Origin: Planctomycetota bacterium
GTDB taxonomy: Bacteria; Planctomycetota; GCA-002687715; DRQF01
DNA length: 10,483 nucleotides
Direction of reading: 5' to 3'
Assembly (NCBI GenBank): GCA_036479435.1
Contig: JAZGFI010000025.1
Span: forward strand, 1-10,483
The position numbers and the translations under genes were made by a program. The notes under the pieces are model-generated. The model did not search any database. It saw only the letters and a list, made by a program, of their open reading frames with translations, and was not told where the DNA came from. Shown in pieces: positions 4,257-10,483 of the stretch. Position 1 is the first letter of the stretch, and each line of letters starts with the position of its first letter.

Positions 4257-6983
4257 GTGAAGAAGGCAATTTGGATTTTTGGGATTGCCATGGTCCTAGG
4301 CGGCGGGGCCTTTTGGTGGGTTCAGGGGATCCGAGACGACGACACGATTGTCGATGCTGAGTCCCTTGACGGTCGGGCCGATCCCGTCACCGCCGAAGCC
4401 AGGCGCGAACATGAATCACTAAAGCCATCGATCATGCGCTCGCAAGAACTTCCAAAGAGTTCGGGTGAAAGCCCCATGGAAGAACGCAGGGAAGCCTTCG
4501 TTCCAGAGCTACTGGTCGTGGACTTGGACGATCAGCCGGTGGCGGGTGCGGCGCTCAGCGTGAGGGCTTGGCAACGCCGCCTGAGTCAGGACGCGGTCGG
4601 AGTCGAGAGCGCTAAGGCCCAGACGGTTTTTGGGGCCGACGAGAACGGGATCGCCAAGTTCGAGGGACTCAAGCCGGGGCGACACCAACTCATCGCGGAC
4701 CACGAAGGGCGTTTGGGTTTTGGCGCCGTTTGGGTCCCGAAGCCGGGCCAAGATGTCAGCAGGCTGAGAAGTGCATTGGCCGAAGGCCGACGCCCCAAGA
4801 TCGTTCTTTCCGAGTACAAAAAACGCGTCATCGAAATCGTTGATTCTAAGGGCAAAGGAGTCTCAGACGCCATCGTTGTGGTGATAGATCCGGATTCCGA
4901 GGAGATGCCGGCTTCTTTTCAAAGCGAGTTCAATGGTGGCGAGCTGGTGAGCTTTATCACCGACTCTAGCGGCAGAATCGAAATGTACACCAAGCCTCGC
5001 CGGGAGCATGGGCTTCATCGGGCCAAGAAGCTGCGGGTGATCGTGCAGCGCTACGGCGCCGAGCCTCCGGAGAGGACTTTTGATCTCGGTCAGTTCGGGG
5101 AAACCTTGCGGGTCGAGATTCCCGATACCGTGGCGGTGACGTTTCAGGCTCGTAGCGCGGCGGGGAAAGCCTTCGAAAGAGGCGCCCGCCTCTTTTGGAC
5201 GGCGGGTGACAACAATCCGCTTGGCCATTTCGGGCACATCAGTTTCAATGATGAGGCCCGCAAGAGCGACAACCCAGAGGACTACTATTGGAACTGGAGT
5301 CTCCCGATTCCCCCCGGTGGCCGCCGCATTCGAGCTTTTGCACCAAGTTCCACGATCACCACTTGTTTGCGCTACCCCGGGTACATGGGCCACCGAGCGC
5401 TTCATCAGCTCAATGCTGATCCCGAGCAGTCCATGGTGCTGACGACGGGATCGGCGAAGGCTCGACTTCAGCTCAGGCTTGTAGACGAAGTGGACGAGGC
5501 CTTCGCCTTTTCCAACTTCACTTTTGAACTGACGAGCCCAGAAGGACGGGTGACCTACCTTTACTTCAGCGGCTCGGACAAATCCGGTACGGCGGAAACG
5601 GAAGTCGACCCTCTCTTCGAAGGCCAACTCCACCTGATCCCCGAGAAGGTCGAATTCCGGCGCGGTCAATCTCAGGCGAAATCCGCGTTCGCCAGTTTCG
5701 AGATCCGTGGCCTTCGACCGGGTGAGGTCTTGGACTTAGGGGTCGTGACCTGCGAGCGCCAGCCCTTGTTGATCTCCGGGATCGTCCAAGACCAAAGCGG
5801 ACAGCCTCTTCCCAAGGTGTCGCTTCACGTCCGCTCCCAGGCTGCCGACGGAGGTTTCGGTTTCGTTGATAACCTAAGTTCAGAATCTGACGATGAGGGA
5901 CGATTCAAGATCCGGGGCGAGGCAAAGCAAGACTCCAAATACGAGATTTCTGCCTACGGACAATGGTCATGTGAGCCGGTCAAGTTTTCTCCCGGTGCTC
6001 GCGGTTTTGTGTTGACGCTAACCCAACTGGGGAAAGTGGAGGGGCGTGTTCGGGCCACAGATCCGAAAATTGATCAACACCTCAAACTGGTTTACGAGCG
6101 AAGAGAAAGCCGTGACTTCGCGAGCAGCATCTTTCGCAAGGAAGGCGGGCGATTCCTCGAAGGCAATCTGTTGCCTGGCCTCTACGACTTCACCGTCTAC
6201 GTCGCGGGTATCGAATTGCGTCGCTTCGAGGGAATTGAGATCGAAGCGGAAAAAACCGCAAAACCACCCGAGCTCCAGGACCTTGTCATCGGCGATGAGA
6301 TGGCCCTTGGGCGCGTCACCGTCTTAGACCCGGATGGCAATCCAGTGCCTGATGGCAGTGTGGTCGCCGAAGGAGAAACCAAGCGATCGGCTTTCGGGAT
6401 GGGCGGCGAGACGACCGACAAGTCGGGCGAGGTGACCCTCATGCTGAAGAAAGGCGAGTCCTTCTCGATCAAGGTCAGCACTTCCGGAAGGCACGGCTCT
6501 GAGGGGCGATCACTGCAGCCGCAGACCCTGAAGAATCCGACTTTCCCCTTGGAAATTCGCATAGAGTACATGCCCGCCGTAACCTTGCGCTTGTCCAGAA
6601 CCTTGCCGGATATTGAGAGCGGCGAATGGACGCTCATGCTCTCGCGGCTTCGCAGCCCCGATGAACTCCGCGCCATGCGAGAACGCTGGCAGAGACTAGC
6701 GGCGAAACTCAAGAACCTCAGCATCCCCGCGCGGAAGATACCGACGCGTGTTTTCGGGCACCGCGCTCGATTGGCGACAGCCAAAAAGATCGCCACAATT
6801 GAAGTCGCTGACGTCGGACCCTGGGAAGTCCTCGTTTTGGCGCCTTGGCGGCTGGCCCTAGACCGCAACGGATTCGTGGTGATAGCGAAACTCGACATCC
6901 TTTTGAAAAAAGAGAACGAAGTCTTCGATCTTGAGGTGAGCGATGCGATGATTGAAAAGATTGAGGCCTTGATTGCACACTGA
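4257..6983 (+). CDS. N-terminally membrane-anchored protein with multiple carboxypeptidase-regulatory-like (transthyretin/Cna-B-like) beta-sandwich domains, 908 aa (paralog A)
   Basis: GAGGA RBS. Hydrophobic N-terminus MKKAIWIFGIAMVLGGGAFWW. Repeated V.D..G.P(V/L)..A.V ... (T/S/A)D..G.(F/A) units, e.g. VVDLDDQPVAGAAL..ADENGIAKFEGLKPG, ISGIVQDQSGQPLPKV..SDDEGRFKI, VLDPDGNPVPDGSV..TDKSGEVTL. Confidence 0.85.
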   Translation: MKKAIWIFGIAMVLGGGAFWWVQGIRDDDTIVDAESLDGRADPVTAEARREHESLKPSIMRSQELPKSSGESPMEERREAFVPELLVVDLDDQPVAGAALSVRAWQRRLSQDAVGVESAKAQTVFGADENGIAKFEGLKPGRHQLIADHEGRLGFGAVWVPKPGQDVSRLRSALAEGRRPKIVLSEYKKRVIEIVDSKGKGVSDAIVVVIDPDSEEMPASFQSEFNGGELVSFITDSSGRIEMYTKPRREHGLHRAKKLRVIVQRYGAEPPERTFDLGQFGETLRVEIPDTVAVTFQARSAAGKAFERGARLFWTAGDNNPLGHFGHISFNDEARKSDNPEDYYWNWSLPIPPGGRRIRAFAPSSTITTCLRYPGYMGHRALHQLNADPEQSMVLTTGSAKARLQLRLVDEVDEAFAFSNFTFELTSPEGRVTYLYFSGSDKSGTAETEVDPLFEGQLHLIPEKVEFRRGQSQAKSAFASFEIRGLRPGEVLDLGVVTCERQPLLISGIVQDQSGQPLPKVSLHVRSQAADGGFGFVDNLSSESDDEGRFKIRGEAKQDSKYEISAYGQWSCEPVKFSPGARGFVLTLTQLGKVEGRVRATDPKIDQHLKLVYERRESRDFASSIFRKEGGRFLEGNLLPGLYDFTVYVAGIELRRFEGIEIEAEKTAKPPELQDLVIGDEMALGRVTVLDPDGNPVPDGSVVAEGETKRSAFGMGGETTDKSGEVTLMLKKGESFSIKVSTSGRHGSEGRSLQPQTLKNPTFPLEIRIEYMPAVTLRLSRTLPDIESGEWTLMLSRLRSPDELRAMRERWQRLAAKLKNLSIPARKIPTRVFGHRARLATAKKIATIEVADVGPWEVLVLAPWRLALDRNGFVVIAKLDILLKKENEVFDLEVSDAMIEKIEALIAH

Positions 6984-7006
6984 TGCCTAGTTGAGCGAGG
7001 GTGAAG

Positions 7007-8134
7007 ATGAAGAGACTTGGATGGACCCTCGGGGTCGTCGTCTTGCTGGTTTGTGCGTCTTACGGCTGGGCTCAGCCATGCGGCGACGGTGAGGGATTGG
7101 GTCGCCGCGTTCAACGACAAGATCGGCTGCGCGCCGCGCCCGTGAGGGTTGTTCCTTCGAAGCTCACGAAGTTCCTCATCGAGGTCGTCGATTCTAAAGG
7201 GCGAGGCGTGTCGGATGCCATCGTCATCGTGTCGGACCCAGATTCAGATGAGTTGCCGGATTCCTACACTAGCGGATTTGATGGCGGCCACCTGCTGAGC
7301 TTTGTCACCGACGCCGAAGGGCGCGTAAAGATACTCGCCAAGGCGCAGCGACAAGGTGGGCTTTCCGCCGCGAAGAAACTGAGAGTGATCATGTTGCGTT
7401 ACGGCGCAAAGAACCCCGAACGGACTTTTGTCCTCGCTGAACATGATGGCGTCTTGCGTCTGGAAGTTCCGACAACCATTGCCCTAACATTTTTGGCGCC
7501 GCGGCCGGATCCCTCCATCCCTTCTCAAGACCCAAAGTTATTCTGGGCGGCCGGTGCAAAGAGCCCTCTCGGAGCAACCAGGCACCTGAACTTCTATCCT
7601 GGAGTTCGCAAGAGTGACCTCGTTGACCGCTACTGCTGGAACTGGAGTCTTCGTGTCCCTTCAAAGGGGCGACGGGTTCGCGCTTTCGCGCCCCATGCCA
7701 CCATCACCACCCTGGTGCGGCATCCCGGCCGCGTTGACTTGAGAGCGACGCATCAACTGGGCGCAGAGCTTGAGCAAACCCTCGAATTGTCGGCGGGCAT
7801 GGCCAAGGCCCGGCTCCGAATTAAGCTCGTGGATGATGCTGGCGAACTCTTTCCGTTCAGGGCTGTCGCCTTTCAGCTCGTCGACGCGAAGGGGCTAACC
7901 CGCTACCTGCGCTTCGGCCAAGTCGATGCCTCCGGATCTGCGGAAGTTGATATCGATCCCGGATTTCGCGGGCGGCTTCATTTGATCTCCGGAGCCGCCA
8001 ATTTGCGACGCCAAAAAGACCAATCGGCATCGGCCCTGGTCAGCTTCGAGATTGCAAACCTGAAACATGGTGAAGTCACACAGCTGGGAGAAGTGGTCAT
8101 TCCTCGGCCGCAATCTCAACGCAAGATCAAATGA
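7007..8134 (+). CDS. Shortened paralog B (375 aa): signal peptide plus the conserved core of paralog A only
   Basis: Aligns by eye to ~aa 180-500 of paralog A (IEVVDSKGRGVSDAIV...DPDSDELP...YCWNWSL...LGEVVI). ATG 7007 preferred over GTG 7001 on RBS spacing and alignment with the other two starts. Confidence 0.85.
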   Translation: MKRLGWTLGVVVLLVCASYGWAQPCGDGEGLGRRVQRQDRLRAAPVRVVPSKLTKFLIEVVDSKGRGVSDAIVIVSDPDSDELPDSYTSGFDGGHLLSFVTDAEGRVKILAKAQRQGGLSAAKKLRVIMLRYGAKNPERTFVLAEHDGVLRLEVPTTIALTFLAPRPDPSIPSQDPKLFWAAGAKSPLGATRHLNFYPGVRKSDLVDRYCWNWSLRVPSKGRRVRAFAPHATITTLVRHPGRVDLRATHQLGAELEQTLELSAGMAKARLRIKLVDDAGELFPFRAVAFQLVDAKGLTRYLRFGQVDASGSAEVDIDPGFRGRLHLISGAANLRRQKDQSASALVSFEIANLKHGEVTQLGEVVIPRPQSQRKIK

Positions 8135-8179
8135 TCAAGGCACTGAACGGCGTGACGAAGCGTTGAGTGAGGAGAGAGC

Positions 8180-9435
8180 ATGAAGAAGGCAGTTTGGATT
8201 TTTGGGGCCGTCATGGCCTTGGCGGCTGGCGCCTATTGTTGGGTTCAGGGGAACTTCGGTGACCGTCAGCTCGAACCTGCCCCTTCGCTCACGGAAGGAC
8301 TGCGAAATAACGCGGACCTAGCGGAGTCGGAATCGCCGGAGGAAGTGAAGGGGTCCTTCGTCCCCGAGTTGTTGGTGGTGGACTTGAACGAGCTGCCGGT
8401 AGCGGGGGTGAAGCTGAGTCTGAAAACTTGGCAAGGCCGATGGAGGCACGAAGCCATCGGCGTGGGCAGCGAAGAGGCTTTGAAGATCTTTTGGACCGAC
8501 GAGAACGGGATTGCGAAGTGCGAAGGGCTAACGCCGGGGTCGCACCAACTCGTGGCGGAACACCAGGGGCAATGGGGATTCGCTGCGGTTTGGGTTCCCG
8601 ATCCGGATGCCGACCTTAGCCTGCTGAAGGAGGGATCGCGGGCGAAGATCGTTCTTTCGAACTACAAAAGGCTCGTCATCGAGATCGTTGGCCCTAAGGG
8701 CAAGGGAGTCTCCGACGCCATCGTCGTGGTGGTCGACCCAGACTCAGAGGAAATGCCGGATTCCCGTTGCCTCGAGTTCAACGGCGGCGCGTTGCTGAGT
8801 TTTGTCACCGACTCGACGGGCAAGATTGAGTTGTTTACGAAACCACAAGAGAGATATGGGCTTCATCGAGCAAAAAGACTGCGGGTGACCATGCTGCTCT
8901 ATGGAGCCGATTTTCCCCAGAGGACATTCAACCTTGAGGAACACGAAGGAACCCTGAAGTTGGAAGCCCCCGAGACCGTGGCGCTGACTTTCTTGGCGCG
9001 CCAGCTTGGCGGCGGCGAGATCGAAGGAAGCACGCAGCTGTTTTGGACCTCAGGCGCGAAGAGCCCTCTCGGTCTACGCGGGCACATGAGGTTTCGCGCG
9101 GAAGCTCGCAAGAGCAAGATGGCGAAACACTACCTGTGGAACTGGAGTCTCATGGTTCCGCCGGAAGGACTGCGGGTGCGGGCTTTTTTACCGAACTCCG
9201 AGATCACAACCTTCTTGCGACATCGAGAATACCTTGGCCGCCAGCAACGGCACCAGCTCGGACCTGATGCCGAGCAAACCCTGAACCTGACCACCGGGCC
9301 AGCGAAGTCCCGGCTGCGCTTGAAGCTGGTCGATGAGTTTGGAGAACCCATTCCTTTCTCAAAGTTCACCTACAAACTGACAAATTCGGAAGGACCAAAG
9401 ACTCGTCTCCGCTTTGAGAGCGCGGACCAATCAGG
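8180..9435 (+). pseudogene. Paralog C, interrupted by an IS256-family insertion (ORF reads on into the IS to a stop at 9469)
   Basis: Colinear with paralog A from MKKAVWIFG to RLRFESADQSG (A: YLYFSGSDKSG). The final residues (SYCQELCFRI*) are read from the IS256 end. Confidence 0.85.
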
Positions 9436-10483
9436 GAGTTATTGCCAAGAGTTGTGTTTCAGAATCTGACGTCAGGCGGCGTTCTTCTCCTGAATTTCTC
9501 CATCGACGAATTTGAATCCATCGATGAGCTTGGCGATCATCTCATGTCCATTCAGTCGCCTCCATCTTTTTTCAGCGCTCAATGCGAGCTTGAAGACCAT
9601 GCTGAGGCAGGCTTTTCGTGACCCAGATCCCTTGGTGCGTCGATGCCGCAATCTGACCGTGGCGAAAGTTGACTCGATTGGGTTCGTGGTCCTCAGATGC
9701 AGCCAGTGCTCAGCTGGGAATTCGTAGAAAGTCAGGAGCACATCCCGATCTTTGGCCAAGCATTCCGTCGCTTTGGGGTACTTGGCCTTGTACTTCGCTA
9801 AGAAGTGATCGAAGGCTTTGTCGGCATCGGCTTTGTTCTCTGCCATCCAAATTTCGTGGAGGTCCGCTTTCGCTTTCTTCTGCACGGATTTCGGCAGCTT
9901 GTTGAGGACATTTGCCGTTTTGTGCACCCAGCATCGTTGCTCGCGAGCCTCGGGGAATACCTTTCTCACCGCGGCCCAGAAGCCCAAAGCGCCGTCGCCC
10001 ACACAGATCTTTGGCGGTGTCTTCAGCCCTCGGTGTTTCAAGTCAATTAAGAGCTCTGACCAGCTTTGCTCGCTCTCGCGGTAGCCATCAGTGATGCCGA
10101 TCAATTCCTTCTTGCCATCGGCCGTAGCGCCCATCAGCACCAAGATACACTGCCTTTCCTCTTCGAGCCGGATGTTGAAATGGATGCCATCCGCCCAGAT
10201 GTAGACGTACTCTTTCTCCGAAAGGTCCCGTTTACTCCAGGTATCGTGCTCGTCAGCCCAAACCGAAACCAAGCGCGTTACCGTTGAAGCTGAAAGCCCC
10301 GGCGCGTCCGAACCGAGAATGGGTTGCAAGGCCTCTTGGAAGCCACCTGTCGATACGCCCTTAAGGTAAAGCCAGGGCAACAGCTCCTCGATGTTTTTCG
10401 ATCGCCTCAAGTACGGCGGCAAAATCTTGGAGTTGAAAACGACAGAGTCTTCGGCTTCTTTTCCCCGACGGTCCCTGACTCGG
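9436..10483 (-). mobile_element. IS256-family insertion sequence (right end and most of the transposase; left end outside the window)
   Basis: GAGTTATTGCCAAGAGTTGTG begins where homology to paralog A stops and ~36 bp past the transposase stop. It resembles the ends of this IS256 clade as I recall them. Boundary uncertain by ~1-2 nt. Confidence 0.85.
9472..10483 (-). CDS. IS256-family (Mutator-type DDE) transposase, 5'-partial
   Basis: Frame open to the window edge (RVRDRRGKEAEDSVVFNSKILPPYLRRSKNIEELLPWLYLKGVSTG). Motifs YIWADG (D), VGDGALGF (D), QRCWVHK (CxxH), RTTNPIES (E). Confidence 0.96.
   Translation of the reverse strand, partial: RVRDRRGKEAEDSVVFNSKILPPYLRRSKNIEELLPWLYLKGVSTGGFQEALQPILGSDAPGLSASTVTRLVSVWADEHDTWSKRDLSEKEYVYIWADGIHFNIRLEEERQCILVLMGATADGKKELIGITDGYRESEQSWSELLIDLKHRGLKTPPKICVGDGALGFWAAVRKVFPEAREQRCWVHKTANVLNKLPKSVQKKAKADLHEIWMAENKADADKAFDHFLAKYKAKYPKATECLAKDRDVLLTFYEFPAEHWLHLRTTNPIESTFATVRLRHRRTKGSGSRKACLSMVFKLALSAEKRWRRLNGHEMIAKLIDGFKFVDGEIQEKNAA

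Noticed and set aside
4079..4291. N-terminal extension of ybaN to 211 aa
   Set aside because: Overlaps the start of the divergent gene and its upstream region; YbaN proteins are typically ~120-140 aa.
4863..7120. Long minus-strand ORFs 4863-5669 and 6197-7120
   Set aside because: Antisense shadows of the GC-rich paralog genes, with no motifs of their own.
4257..9435. Diversity-generating retroelement or CRISPR explanation for the repeated segments
   Set aside because: The repeats are gene-length paralogy with changes at all bases, not adenine-specific. There is no reverse transcriptase and no regularly spaced repeat-spacer array.
9512..10287. Small ORFs overlapping the IS256 transposase
   Set aside because: Alternative-frame or antisense shadows with no independent support.

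Overview
An accessory, IS-rich window, probably from a Planctomycetota-like bacterium (inferred from the transposase clades and protein styles). Left part: a ~3.4 kb segment (278-3656) bounded by a perfect 15-bp terminal inverted repeat pair with a TA duplication. It contains a broken IS1380-family transposase (internal deletion, frameshift, missing C-terminal half) and an intact 686-aa lipoprotein with seven FG-GAP/VCBS-like repeats, so it looks like a non-autonomous IS1380-derived element carrying a surface-protein cargo. It sits exactly at the stop codon of a YbaN/DUF454-family membrane protein gene. Right part: three tandem paralogous envelope-protein genes built from carboxypeptidase-regulatory-like beta-sandwich domains with a conserved YxWNWSL core: a full-length membrane-anchored copy, a shortened copy with a probably cleavable signal peptide, and a third copy interrupted by an IS256-family element that runs off the window. 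The cargo gene and the first paralog share an identically spaced upstream motif (AACC-N12-GATCGGGGGT), a candidate ECF-type promoter. Two long perfect hairpins lie at 37-82 and 3320-3354. All family assignments come from recognising motifs by eye, not from database searches.
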